From an uncultured Desulfurococcaceae archaeon (GTDB lineage: Archaea > Thermoproteota > Thermoprotei_A > Sulfolobales > NBVN01), in assembly GCA_964417765.1 (NCBI GenBank), contig CAYQIX010000001.1, forward strand, positions 1-52,679: DNA of 52,679 nucleotides. Direction: 5' to 3'. This document shows positions 9,802 to 19,405 of this stretch, in pieces. How positions within the stretch are numbered: position 1 is the stretch's first letter; each line of letters begins with the position of its first letter. The translations under genes and the position numbers were made by a program. Under the pieces are notes generated by a model. It made no database searches. It saw only the letters and a program-made list of their open reading frames with translations, and was not told the DNA's origin.

Positions 9802-9935
9802 TTACTCTAAAAACAATTAGGGAATTTCAAAAACAAATTAACATACATGATGTAATATACGATCTAACAACTAACTCGGCTCAGGTTAAAACGGCAGTTC
9901 TGACTTGCACTAGAGACACTGCCAGCTAATGAGCA

Positions 9936-9975
9936 GGGGAGGTCAGCATCGGGGTGGTTTGGGGAGGTCATCATG
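9936..9975. repeat. Imperfect 15-nt direct repeat (GGGGAGGTCAGCATC / GGGGAGGTCATCATG) with 25-nt period
   Basis: Read directly at 9936-9950 and 9961-9975 (13/15 identical). It sits inside a G+C-rich island of the long guaA/peroxiredoxin intergenic region. Confidence 0.8.
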
Positions 9976-10202
9976 TAGTCAGTTCCTGCCGGTTTCTTCA
10001 ACCCCTTCATACCTAGTATGATCAAACTTAAAAAGAAGTAGTGTTGGGTGTTCATTATGTTTCCAAGCTAATATACTTGGTTTAAATTTTTAACTGAATA
10101 GTTAATTATTTCTTATGTTTGATATTAGTATTTTATTAAAGCAAAAGCTTAAATACTAACTACATGTATATATTATTGAACAATAAATTTAGGGTGATAG
10201 AA

Positions 10203-10898
10203 GTGCCTGGTCAGATACCATTAATTGGAGAGAAGTTTCCTGAAATGGATGTTGTAACAACAGTTGGTAAGATTAAGCTACCAGACTACTTTAAGGGTAA
10301 GTGGTTCGTGCTCTTTAGTCACCCTGCTGACTTCACCCCAGTATGTACTACAGAGTTCGTAGCTTTTGCTAAGAGGTACGATGACTTCAAGAAGCTTAAT
10401 ACTGAGCTGATAGGCCTTAGCGTAGACAGCACCTTTAGCCACATTAAGTGGATCGAGTGGATTAAGGATAAGTTAGGTGTTGAAATACCTTTCCCTATAA
10501 TTGCTGACCCTCGAGGAGAGGTAGCTGACAGGCTGGGGCTGCTTCATGCTCAGTCAGCAACGCACACAGTAAGGGCGGTATTTATAGTGGACCCTAATGG
10601 GGTCATAAGAGCTATACTGTACTATCCTCAGGAGCTAGGGAGAAACATGGATGAAATACTGAGGATGGTTAAGAGTCTTCAGATTGTTGATAAGTACGGT
10701 GTTGCACTACCTGCTAACTGGCCTAATAACGAGCTCGTTGGTGAGCGAGCGATAGTTCCTCCAGCATCAACCATAAAGGAAGCTGAGGAGAGATTAAAGA
10801 AGTACTCATGCTATGACTGGTGGTTCTGCTATAGAGAGGTACCTAAGGAGGAAGCAGAGGTAGCTAAAAAGTACATGCAGAGGATAGCGGGTAAGTAA
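10203..10898 (+). CDS. Peroxiredoxin (archaeal Prx6/1-Cys-like thiol peroxidase)
   Basis: [15 protein letters not shown] active site. The N-terminus [17 protein letters not shown] matches the usual archaeal Prx start. I prefer GTG 10203 over the listed ATG 10164 because GGTGAT (10193-10198) lies 4 nt upstream, and the 13 extra residues ([13 protein letters not shown]) are A/T-rich promoter-like sequence. Confidence 0.9.
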   Translation: MPGQIPLIGEKFPEMDVVTTVGKIKLPDYFKGKWFVLFSHPADFTPVCTTEFVAFAKRYDDFKKLNTELIGLSVDSTFSHIKWIEWIKDKLGVEIPFPIIADPRGEVADRLGLLHAQSATHTVRAVFIVDPNGVIRAILYYPQELGRNMDEILRMVKSLQIVDKYGVALPANWPNNELVGERAIVPPASTIKEAEERLKKYSCYDWWFCYREVPKEEAEVAKKYMQRIAGK

Positions 10899-10999
10899 GG
10901 ACTAGGAAGCGTGGTGAACTCAAAACAACACATTTTTATTCCTACCGAACCTTTAAGCAGAAATAGCCGCATGTACTAGCTAAATACAGGTGTTCTGGC

Positions 11000-12211
11000 A
11001 TGGTTAGGTTGCTTGTCCGCAAGATCTCAAGTCATGTATATCTCCTAAGGCTCGAGGATAATAATGTGAAGTACTTTGAAGCAATGTGGTACATTCCTGA
11101 AGGTATTACGTATAATGCCTACCTCGTGACGCTGGAAGAGGGCGCGGTACTCATAGATACATGGAAGCACAGGCATGCCAGTGAGTTAGTAGAGGAATTA
11201 AGCAAGTTAATTGACCTTAGAGATCTGAAGTATGTCGTAATTCAGCATATGGAGCAGGACCATAGTGGTGCACTGCCAGAAGTCCTTAAAGCAAATGAAT
11301 TCAGAGCTGTAGTTCTAGGTCACCCAATGATCAGCAAGATGATTGAGTCATACTACCACATAGCACCTAAGTTCAGAGCCGTAGGTGATGGTGAAGCAGT
11401 AAATCTCTGCGGCAGCGAATTCAAATTCTATTACACATCTTGGGTTCACTGGCCAGACAACATAGTAACATACGTACCAAGTGACAAGATCCTGTTCTCT
11501 AGTGACGCATTCGGCAGCTACTCAATACCTAGCTCAATAACTGGTGAAGAAGGAGTTCCGCAGGAGTACATGAACTACGCAAGAAAGTACTTTGCCACGG
11601 TTGTTGGTCACTACCGAGATAACACTCTAAAAGCACTCAGCAAGCTGAATAACTTAATCTCAGAAGTTGAGGTGCTAGCGCCAGCCCACGGAATGGTGTG
11701 GAAAGTTAATCGCGAGCAAATAATTAACCAGTACATCAAGTGGTCTAGGGCAGAGGGAGTTAAGGGTAAGGTCGTAGTCATTTATGACAGCATGTACGGA
11801 TTTGTCGAGGAAGCCATCACGATGATAGGCCGCGAATTAACTAAGAGAGGTGCTGACGTTGTATATTACGGGTTCACTGACGTAGGGCATCCTCACCTCA
11901 GTGACGTAATTAGTGATGCATTGGATGCTAGTGCTATAATCGTGGGTGTGAGCACGTATGAGGGCTCTGCATTTCCTGCCATGGAGTTCGTTATCGACTT
12001 AATCATACGTAAAGTGCAGGCCAAGAAGCCAGTTGCAGTAGTAGGATCTTACGGGTGGGGTGGTGTAGCTGCTAAGAGAGTTGCAGACAAGTTAAGTAAG
12101 GCAGGGTTTAACATAGTTAATGTACTGGAGTTTAGGGGTTCACCATCAGGTGAGATTATCGAGAAGGTTAGAGAGCTAGCATTACAGCTGGCGAGAACTA
12201 TAGGGACGTAA
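11000..12211 (+). CDS. fprA: Flavodiiron protein (A-type flavoprotein, O2/NO reductase)
   Basis: Metallo-beta-lactamase-like diiron motif HMEQDHSG, then a C-terminal flavodoxin domain (VVVIYDSMYGFVEE). Confidence 0.85.
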   Translation: MVRLLVRKISSHVYLLRLEDNNVKYFEAMWYIPEGITYNAYLVTLEEGAVLIDTWKHRHASELVEELSKLIDLRDLKYVVIQHMEQDHSGALPEVLKANEFRAVVLGHPMISKMIESYYHIAPKFRAVGDGEAVNLCGSEFKFYYTSWVHWPDNIVTYVPSDKILFSSDAFGSYSIPSSITGEEGVPQEYMNYARKYFATVVGHYRDNTLKALSKLNNLISEVEVLAPAHGMVWKVNREQIINQYIKWSRAEGVKGKVVVIYDSMYGFVEEAITMIGRELTKRGADVVYYGFTDVGHPHLSDVISDALDASAIIVGVSTYEGSAFPAMEFVIDLIIRKVQAKKPVAVVGSYGWGGVAAKRVADKLSKAGFNIVNVLEFRGSPSGEIIEKVRELALQLARTIGT

Positions 12212-12212
12212 G

Positions 12213-13622
12213 CTACCTACGGGCTGCTTCTACAATTGCTGGCACCTCAATAACCCTCCTCAACCATGTGCCTCTGCTGACCCACGCTGTAGCAAGTATG
12301 CCAGCACCTATGTTGCTGATGGACATGGCTATCCATATGCCTGTAGGGCCGCAGCCCAGAGCTACTGCTAGCAGGTAGCTTAAGCCTATTCTAAGTAGCC
12401 ACAGCCTTATGAGGCTTATTACTGTAAATGCTTTAGTGTGGCCTGACCCCCTCGCTATGCCGCCAGACACGAAGAACATCCCGAAGAACGGTATTGACGG
12501 TAGGAATATCATTAGGAACCTCACTCCCTCCTCGATGACGCGCGGGTCATTTATGAACACAGCTATCAGGCTCGACCTGAAGATGAATATGAGGAACGTG
12601 CCGATCGCCATTAATGTGGTCATGAGGACTAGCGTCCTAAAAGCTATCTGCTTAGCGCGTTCATAGTACTCAGCTCCTATATTCTGACCAACCATTATTG
12701 CAGTAGCGTTCATGAACCCCATACTGAATGCCTGTAGAATATCAATAACTCGAATACCGACTCCGTACGCACTAATAGCTACGGAGCCGAACCTAGATAC
12801 GATGCCGGTCATGACTGTAAAACCTAGAGCATTCGCTGACTGCATCAAAGCTAGGGGGGAACCTATCTTGAATACCTTAACAAGCCACCATCTCTGAGGG
12901 AGCAGCTCCTTCACAATTATGGTTATGCCCATCCACCTCCTAGCTAGGAGTGCTATGCCAAGTACTGTAAGGATCGCTCTAGCTACTACAGTCGCTATTG
13001 CTGCACCTACGACTCCCAGTGCTGGGAAGCCAAACCATCCGAAAATGAGTATTGGGTCAAGCACCAGGTTAGTTAATGATGAAATAATGCCCAAGACTGT
13101 AGGCGTTCTCGTGTCCCCCAGACTATTTAGTATGGCTACGAAAGCAAACCCTATGAAGGCTATGGGGATACCTATGAAAATAACTTTTATGTACTGTACA
13201 GCTAGTGGGAGGACGTCAGGAGGCACACCTATGACTGCTAGTATCGTGGGTGTAACTATGTAACCGAGCAGTGACAGCGCAGCAGCCATCATGGCCATAA
13301 ACCCAAATAGGTGGCTCGCAGACTTATTTGCTAGGTCGCTTTCTCCAGCACCAACGTACTGAGATATTAGTGAAATGCCAGCTGAACTGAATCCCATGCC
13401 TATCGAATAGAACAGCATGATGAGAGGCCAGCAAACTACTGGAGCACTGAGTGACTCCCTTCCTAGCTTACCTAGCCAGAACGTGTCAATGAGGTTATAA
13501 GATATGTTAACTAAGTTAGCAATAATGATAGGCCAAGCTAGCCACGTCATAGTCCTAAGTATAGGGCCTCCTAATATCTTGTCTCTGTACTTGAGTAGAG
13601 GCGAAGGCTTCAGCAGTGACAC
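12213..13622 (-). CDS. MATE family efflux transporter
   Basis: 469 aa with about 12 hydrophobic segments. The N-terminal ILRTMTWLAWPIIIANLVNISYNLIDTFWLGKLG is typical of NorM/MATE proteins. Confidence 0.85.
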   Translation of the reverse strand: MSLLKPSPLLKYRDKILGGPILRTMTWLAWPIIIANLVNISYNLIDTFWLGKLGRESLSAPVVCWPLIMLFYSIGMGFSSAGISLISQYVGAGESDLANKSASHLFGFMAMMAAALSLLGYIVTPTILAVIGVPPDVLPLAVQYIKVIFIGIPIAFIGFAFVAILNSLGDTRTPTVLGIISSLTNLVLDPILIFGWFGFPALGVVGAAIATVVARAILTVLGIALLARRWMGITIIVKELLPQRWWLVKVFKIGSPLALMQSANALGFTVMTGIVSRFGSVAISAYGVGIRVIDILQAFSMGFMNATAIMVGQNIGAEYYERAKQIAFRTLVLMTTLMAIGTFLIFIFRSSLIAVFINDPRVIEEGVRFLMIFLPSIPFFGMFFVSGGIARGSGHTKAFTVISLIRLWLLRIGLSYLLAVALGCGPTGIWIAMSISNIGAGILATAWVSRGTWLRRVIEVPAIVEAARR

Positions 13623-13711
13623 CTAGGCATTAATCTACGAAATATTATTTTTATCGTTTTCGCTAACTCCTTAAAAAATAAACAATAGTCCTTAATGGAA
13701 TTTCACTGTGA

Positions 13712-14878
13712 TTACTGCCTCCTAAATTTAGCTACAAATATGAGCATAGTAGCTAGTGCTAGTACCTCAATTACTACAACATAGGTAATTACGTACGCTA
13801 CAGACGACTCGTAGAGCACGCCCATAATGGCGTTTCCTGCGGTCCAGGCGCCGCCGAATGTCAGGCCGTAGAGCCCGTAAGCATATGCTCGATTCTCAGG
13901 TGCTGCTACGTCAGCTATTACTACTCTCATATTTGTTTCGTATATGCCCATAACGATACCCCAGAGTACTGAAGCAATTACGATGTGTGATACGCTACTA
14001 GCAAGTAGTAGGGCAGGAGCTACAGCCATAGCGAGTACAGGCGTGAATAAAACGGTCTTAGGCCCTATGAGGTCGTAGAGATACCCTGCAGGATACGCTA
14101 CAGCTGCGTCAGCCAGCATTGCAACAGCATACATTACAGCAACTAAGTAGTCAGGTACCAACGAAGCTGACTTAAGGTAGTATGCAGCAAGACCCCAGTG
14201 GATGTACCCCATAGAAAGCAGCGCCACTGACGCAGTGAATAGCCAAAAAAGCGCACCTAAGCCACTGCCCTCCCGTCGGGCGGCTTCAACAGCCCTCACC
14301 CTCGGGTAGCTTTGGTATGCTACAGCTAGCGCCAACAAGGCAGCTAGCGCTGGAAATGCTAGGATGGCGTAGGTGAGCGGGTAATTACCCTCTGTCTGCT
14401 TGAGGGATGCCATAACTATTAAGGGGCCTGAGACAGCACCTACCTGATCCATGAGCTCGTGTAGCCCGAAGCCCTTTCCTCTACCCATGTTCTCAGTTAC
14501 TTCAGCTAGCACCACATCCCTGGCAGGTGTCCTCAAGCCCTTACCTATCCTCTCAGCAATAACTAAGGCTAAAGCTAAGGGCCAGTTACCAGCTATGGCT
14601 AGTAAAGGGACAGCAATGAGATTAATAGCGTACCCTGAAAATATTAAGCTCCAGTACACCTTACTTGACCTTAAGGCTCCAGCAATAAAACCTCCAACTC
14701 CCCTCATGATGTAGCTAATAAATTCTCCAATACTTATTAAGCCAGCAATAAGGGCAGTAGCCCCTAGAATTTCGAAGTAAGCACCTAAAACAGACCTACA
14801 TCCCTCATATGTCATGTCTGCTAAAAGAGATACCGCACACAGAGCAACGAACGTTATGAATGTCTTAGACCTGCTCAA
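13712..14878 (-). CDS. MFS-type transporter
   Basis: 388 aa polytopic membrane protein with a loop motif GKGLRTPARD resembling MFS motif A. Substrate unknown. Confidence 0.65.
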   Translation of the reverse strand: MSRSKTFITFVALCAVSLLADMTYEGCRSVLGAYFEILGATALIAGLISIGEFISYIMRGVGGFIAGALRSSKVYWSLIFSGYAINLIAVPLLAIAGNWPLALALVIAERIGKGLRTPARDVVLAEVTENMGRGKGFGLHELMDQVGAVSGPLIVMASLKQTEGNYPLTYAILAFPALAALLALAVAYQSYPRVRAVEAARREGSGLGALFWLFTASVALLSMGYIHWGLAAYYLKSASLVPDYLVAVMYAVAMLADAAVAYPAGYLYDLIGPKTVLFTPVLAMAVAPALLLASSVSHIVIASVLWGIVMGIYETNMRVVIADVAAPENRAYAYGLYGLTFGGAWTAGNAIMGVLYESSVAYVITYVVVIEVLALATMLIFVAKFRRQ

Positions 14879-14992
14879 GCTCGGGCACCCTATGCACCTT
14901 CAACTAGCTACATGCTGCTGCCGAAATCTATATGAATGTAGCACTAAACAAACTTATTTCCCTAACGAAGGAAAATGTAGTGGGATTATAAA

Positions 14993-16396
14993 ATGGTTAA
15001 GGTGCGCTTAGGGTTTGCTCCACTTCACAGGTATCCATTTGATGAAGAGTGGGCAGTAGAAATTAAGAAGAGGGTTATTGAGAGTATAGAGAGGAACCTT
15101 AACTTTATAGAGCTTGTGTACCCTAGTGAGGAGCTAACTAAGATGGGGTTAGTCTGGAGTGACGAAGATTCAGAGAAGGTGGTGAAGCTATTCCGCGAGA
15201 AGGAGGTAGCGGGAGTAATCCTAGGCACCATGACGTTCGGCGACGAGCTTGCTGGAGCAAAGATTGCTGAAGAGTTTAGAGGGCGCCCAATACTTGTGTT
15301 CGGCACTAAGGAGCCACCTACTAAGCCAGGAGGATTCAGAAGATCGGACTCGTTCTGCGGCACACTCTCTCTAGCGTCAGCACTGTACAGGAGGAAGATA
15401 CCATTCATTTTTGCTGGGATAGTGTTCCCTGAGGAAGAGGAATTCATTAAGGCTGTTGATGCATTTGCTAGAGCTTCACTTATAGTCAAGGAGTTTAGAG
15501 GAGCTAGGATAGGGCTGATAGGGCCTAGGCCTGAGAGATTTGAGACTGTAACATTCAATGAAGCTAAGATGGCGGAGCTTTTCGAGCAGAGGGTAGTGCA
15601 TGAGTCTCTCTTTAAGGTTATTGAAGAGGCTAGGAAGCTGAGTGACAGTGATCCTGAGGTAGTTAAGATTGCTGAAGAAATGAAAAAGTCAGCAGATACT
15701 TCAAACGTGCCTGAGGATGTGTTATTCAAGATGGCTAAATTTGAAGCTGTCCTAAGGAGACTTGCAAAGGAAAAGAACCTTAAGGGACTCGGGATAAGGT
15801 GCTGGACTGAAATTCAAGAGTACTACGGCATATCGCCGTGTTTCGTCATGGGGCGCTTAACTCAGTCAGGTATAATGACTTCATGTGAGGTGGACATCTA
15901 CGGTGCATTAACGATGATGATTCAGTACCTAGCATCACTAAAGACTACACCGCCTCACTTCATTGACTGGACGATAAGGCATCCAGAGAAGCCCAACGTC
16001 TTCCTAGCATGGCACTGCGGAAATGCACCTACTGCGCTAGCTCACCCGTCGTGCCCAGCGAAGATAAGCTACCACAGCATACTGTACAGGGCTGTAGGCA
16101 AAGATAATGCCTACGGCACAGTAGATGTCAGGCTGAAGCCAGGTGTGGTCACTATATGCAGGTTAGTAGAGTATGACGGCGAGTTCAAGATGCTCATAAC
16201 TAAGGGGAGAATTCTTGATGAAGAAGGAGAGTTCAGAGGGTCGTGGAGCTGGGTCGAGGTCGAGGACCTAGATAAACTCTACAGAATACTAGTGGAGGAG
16301 GGCTTCGTACACCATGCAAGCATGATACACGGTGACTATGTGGAAGCAGTTAAGCAGGCATGTAAGATACTTGGGATAAAGACCGTAGTTGTTTGA
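14993..16396 (+). CDS. L-fucose/L-arabinose isomerase family protein (COG2407-like)
   Basis: 467 aa. The N-terminal RLGFAPLHR... Rossmann-like region and the C-terminal HHASMIHGDY block resemble the sugar isomerase family. Specific substrate not assignable. Confidence 0.7.
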   Translation: MVKVRLGFAPLHRYPFDEEWAVEIKKRVIESIERNLNFIELVYPSEELTKMGLVWSDEDSEKVVKLFREKEVAGVILGTMTFGDELAGAKIAEEFRGRPILVFGTKEPPTKPGGFRRSDSFCGTLSLASALYRRKIPFIFAGIVFPEEEEFIKAVDAFARASLIVKEFRGARIGLIGPRPERFETVTFNEAKMAELFEQRVVHESLFKVIEEARKLSDSDPEVVKIAEEMKKSADTSNVPEDVLFKMAKFEAVLRRLAKEKNLKGLGIRCWTEIQEYYGISPCFVMGRLTQSGIMTSCEVDIYGALTMMIQYLASLKTTPPHFIDWTIRHPEKPNVFLAWHCGNAPTALAHPSCPAKISYHSILYRAVGKDNAYGTVDVRLKPGVVTICRLVEYDGEFKMLITKGRILDEEGEFRGSWSWVEVEDLDKLYRILVEEGFVHHASMIHGDYVEAVKQACKILGIKTVVV

Positions 16397-16529
16397 AGGC
16401 CTAGCTGGAGTCTGTCATAAAAGATCATTCGGCAGGATGAAACCTAGGGATGAATTTTCTTATAAACGAAAACTTAAATTGTTTAGTTGAGATTATAAGA
16501 ATTGTAAATATAATTTACAGGTGTGCTCT

Positions 16530-17969
16530 ATGTACGAAGACCTCCTATACTATGCAGTTGATTATGCTACATCTCATGGCGCTACCTACGCCGAGGCTAG
16601 GTACCATAAGAACTACGGCTCAGAAATAATCGTTAGGAACGGATCAGTAGTTAGTGCCGGAATGTTAAGGAGGGAGGGAGTAGGTATCAGAGTAATTCTT
16701 GAGAGTGCGATGGCGTTTGCCTCAACAACTGACTTGAGCCGTGAGGGCGTTAGGAATGCTGTGGATAGAGCTATATCGCTCGCAAGGTCTTCGAGACCGC
16801 TAATTAAGCACTCTCACGCACTCTCAGATGAGAGGGTAGGTAAAGCTAAGTACGAAGTGATTGTAAAGGAAAGGTTTGAGGATGTCGCTCTTGAGGAGAA
16901 AATTAAGTTAATGACTGCGCTGTGGGGAGAGCTGCCAAGGGTGCTTCGAGAAACTAAGATGGTGTCCCTATTTGAGGAATATAGAGAAGGTATTGAGGAG
17001 AAGACCCTAGTTACTAGTGACGGCGCACACATAATTTCTAGAGTACCTAGGATATTTTACGGCGCCAACATAGTCCTAGCTCACTCGCAGAAAGGCACAC
17101 TCCAGAGATTCATTGAGTTCGGTGGAAGCGGAGGTTACGAAATATTCAAGTCGTGGAACATAGAGAAGAGACTAGAGGAGGAAGTCAAAAATATAGAGCC
17201 CGTACTTGCTAAAGGCCGTGAGCCACCTAAGGAGCCGGTGGACGTTATTGTAGGAAGCGAAGTGATCGGGCTGATAGTTCACGAAAGTGCTGGACACCCG
17301 ATGGAAGCAGACAGGATATGGGGTAGGGAGGCGGCTCAGGCTGGTGAAAGCTACGTGAAGCCTGAAATGATAGGAAAGGGGAGAATAGGTAATGAATTAG
17401 CTACTGTAGTTGACGACCCTACTATCCCAGGAAGCTACGGCTTCTACCTCTATGATGATGAGGGAGTGCCAGCTAGGCCAAGGTACATATACTACAAGGG
17501 ACTGATTAATGAGCCACTTCATAACAGGTGGTCAGCTGCAGTATTTGGTGTGAAGAGTAATGCGGCTGCTAGGGCAATGGACTACACTAGTGAGCCACTA
17601 GTTAGGATGGCTAATACTTACCTTGAACCTGGGGACAGATCTTTTGAAGAGCTTATAGAGGACATAGAGCTCGGCATATACGTTAAAAGCTACATGGAGT
17701 GGAACATCGACGACATCAGGTGGGGTCATAGGTATGTGGGGCTAGAGTCGTACATGATACGTAATGGGGAATTAGCAGAACCAGTTCTGTATCCAGCCCT
17801 CGAATTTACTACAAAGTCTTTCTACAGCTCGATAGTAGCTAAGGGTAGGGAGCTTCGGTTCTACCCCGGTACCTGCGGTAAGGGTGAGCCTGCCCAAGGT
17901 ATTCCTGTATGGTTCGGAGGTCCTGATGTTAGGTTAAGCAAGATGCGTGTGGGGGTGGCGCCGAGATGA
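16530..17969 (+). CDS. tldD: TldD family metalloprotease
   Basis: HESAGHPMEADR (HExxxH) plus YDDEGV motifs. ATG 16530 is preferred over the listed GTG 16521 because AGGTG lies just upstream. The stop overlaps the pmbA start (ATGA). Confidence 0.85.
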   Translation: MYEDLLYYAVDYATSHGATYAEARYHKNYGSEIIVRNGSVVSAGMLRREGVGIRVILESAMAFASTTDLSREGVRNAVDRAISLARSSRPLIKHSHALSDERVGKAKYEVIVKERFEDVALEEKIKLMTALWGELPRVLRETKMVSLFEEYREGIEEKTLVTSDGAHIISRVPRIFYGANIVLAHSQKGTLQRFIEFGGSGGYEIFKSWNIEKRLEEEVKNIEPVLAKGREPPKEPVDVIVGSEVIGLIVHESAGHPMEADRIWGREAAQAGESYVKPEMIGKGRIGNELATVVDDPTIPGSYGFYLYDDEGVPARPRYIYYKGLINEPLHNRWSAAVFGVKSNAAARAMDYTSEPLVRMANTYLEPGDRSFEELIEDIELGIYVKSYMEWNIDDIRWGHRYVGLESYMIRNGELAEPVLYPALEFTTKSFYSSIVAKGRELRFYPGTCGKGEPAQGIPVWFGGPDVRLSKMRVGVAPR

Positions 17970-19300
17970 AGGAGTTCCTGCTTGATTTAGCTAAACTAAC
18001 CGTAGATAAGGGTAAGCAGCTTGGCTACGATGACGTGGTTGCTAAAGTAGTAAATACTGATGAAGCTATGGTTAAGGTCGCTAATAGTCAGCTCACAGTA
18101 GCTCAGAGCTGGAGGACCGTAATTCTTGAGCTGTACTTAGCAAAGGACAGAAAAGTCGTTGTAGTTGAAGTTCCGATCAAGGAGAGAAGGGATGTTGATG
18201 AAATACTCAGTAACTTGAGTGCTTACGTTAAAGCAGTAAAAGAATCTGAAATGTATGCTCCTCTTCCAGAACCTTCCGGGAAGCCTTTAGATGGCCTAGT
18301 AGATCCGAAGGTCATCGACGTAATGTATAGAAGCTCGGAGGTAGCTGCAGAGATAGTATCTGCAGCACATAGTGAGGGAGCTGAGAAGGTTGCTGGCACA
18401 CTCACGCTTTCTATAGACAGGAAGGCGCTAGCTAGTAGTGCTGGAGCAGAATTCTATGAGGAGGGTACGGCAGTTGAAGCGTATCTGAGGGTATTCTATA
18501 AGGATAACTCAGGACACTGGGCATACGGATCTAGGGTGCTGAATATGGATGCGTTAAGAGATGTTGGTAGGAAAGCAGCATTATATGCTAAGCTGTCAAG
18601 TAATGCTGTTGACATCACTCCAGGCAGGTACGATGTAGTTCTGTCACCACTAGTTGTAGGGAATTTAATGGATGTAGTAGCCTGGACCGCTTCAGCATTT
18701 TATGTCTTATCTGGCTTCTCAATGTTCATGAAAATCAAGCCTGGTGATGAAGTAGCGTCAGAAGAATTTACGCTAGTAGACGACCCTCTAGCAAAAGAGC
18801 TGACAGGTTCTACTGGGTTTGATGATGAAGGCGTAGCAACTAAGACGAAGGCTATTATCAGGGAAGGAAAGTTCGAGGGCTTACTACATAATTCGAAAAC
18901 AGCTAAGGTAATGAATACTAAATCAACAGGAAACGCAGGCATAATAGCGCCACAGCCTTGGAACATAGTAATCAAGCCCGGCAGCTATAGCGAAGAAGAA
19001 CTGATTAGGGAGGTAAAGAACGGACTGCTCATACTCAATAACTGGTACACCAGGTTACAGAATTACGTAGAAGGAATATTCTCTACAGTTACGCGTGACG
19101 CCGTATACAAGATTGAGAACGGCGAAATAGTAGGTGTAATTAAGAGAGTAAGGATAGCTGATACATTCTTAAACTTAATGAAGAATATTGTAGGACTAAG
19201 TAAGAGTACGTACGATATTAAGTGGTGGGAAGTCCCCACTCCCTCAAAGACCCCCTACATCCTAGCAAGAAACGTCAACATCACTAAACCAACTGTATAG
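17966..19300 (+). CDS. pmbA: PmbA/TldE family protein (non-catalytic partner of TldD)
   Basis: FDDEGV motif and PmbA_TldD-like length, with no HExxxH seen. Translationally coupled to tldD by a 4-nt overlap. Confidence 0.8.
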   Translation: MKEFLLDLAKLTVDKGKQLGYDDVVAKVVNTDEAMVKVANSQLTVAQSWRTVILELYLAKDRKVVVVEVPIKERRDVDEILSNLSAYVKAVKESEMYAPLPEPSGKPLDGLVDPKVIDVMYRSSEVAAEIVSAAHSEGAEKVAGTLTLSIDRKALASSAGAEFYEEGTAVEAYLRVFYKDNSGHWAYGSRVLNMDALRDVGRKAALYAKLSSNAVDITPGRYDVVLSPLVVGNLMDVVAWTASAFYVLSGFSMFMKIKPGDEVASEEFTLVDDPLAKELTGSTGFDDEGVATKTKAIIREGKFEGLLHNSKTAKVMNTKSTGNAGIIAPQPWNIVIKPGSYSEEELIREVKNGLLILNNWYTRLQNYVEGIFSTVTRDAVYKIENGEIVGVIKRVRIADTFLNLMKNIVGLSKSTYDIKWWEVPTPSKTPYILARNVNITKPTV

Positions 19301-19405
19301 AAATTAAAGTTAACATAACCTTCTCTTTTTCCACATTATTAAAATACACTTCAATATTACCCATAAGTTCATTACGTGTCAAACAGTTAAGAAAAGGGCA
19401 ATATT

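Noticed and set aside
9847-9903. Possible C/D-box sRNA: ATGATGT at 9847-9853 and CTGA at 9900-9903, a 57-nt span. There is also an ATGATGA on the minus strand at 9974-9968.
   Set aside because: The C box is imperfect, I found no internal D'/C' boxes at the expected 12-nt spacing, and there is no terminal stem. The minus-strand C box has no D box at a compatible distance.
9864-10055. 63-aa ORF in the guaA/peroxiredoxin spacer.
   Set aside because: It has no recognisable motif and an odd composition, and I saw no SD-like or TATA element placed for it. The region is treated as non-coding (see finding).
15025-15729. Long antisense ORFs inside well-supported genes. Examples are 15025..15729(-), 45876..46505(-), 27125..27619(-), 44073..44531(-), 5745..6176(+), 41489..41878(+) and 4809..5156(+).
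   Set aside because: Their translations are Ser/Thr/Leu/Pro-rich low-complexity strings without motifs. Each lies fully opposite a gene with clear family signatures, which is the typical mirror-frame artefact of purine-rich codon usage.
16437-16490. 17-codon sORF (MKPRDEFSYKRKLKLFS) just upstream of tldD, considered as a possible peptide substrate.
   Set aside because: It lies in the A/T-rich promoter zone of tldD and has no SD-like element. It also has no Cys/Ser/Gly-rich core as in known TldD/E substrates. It is most likely a chance ORF.
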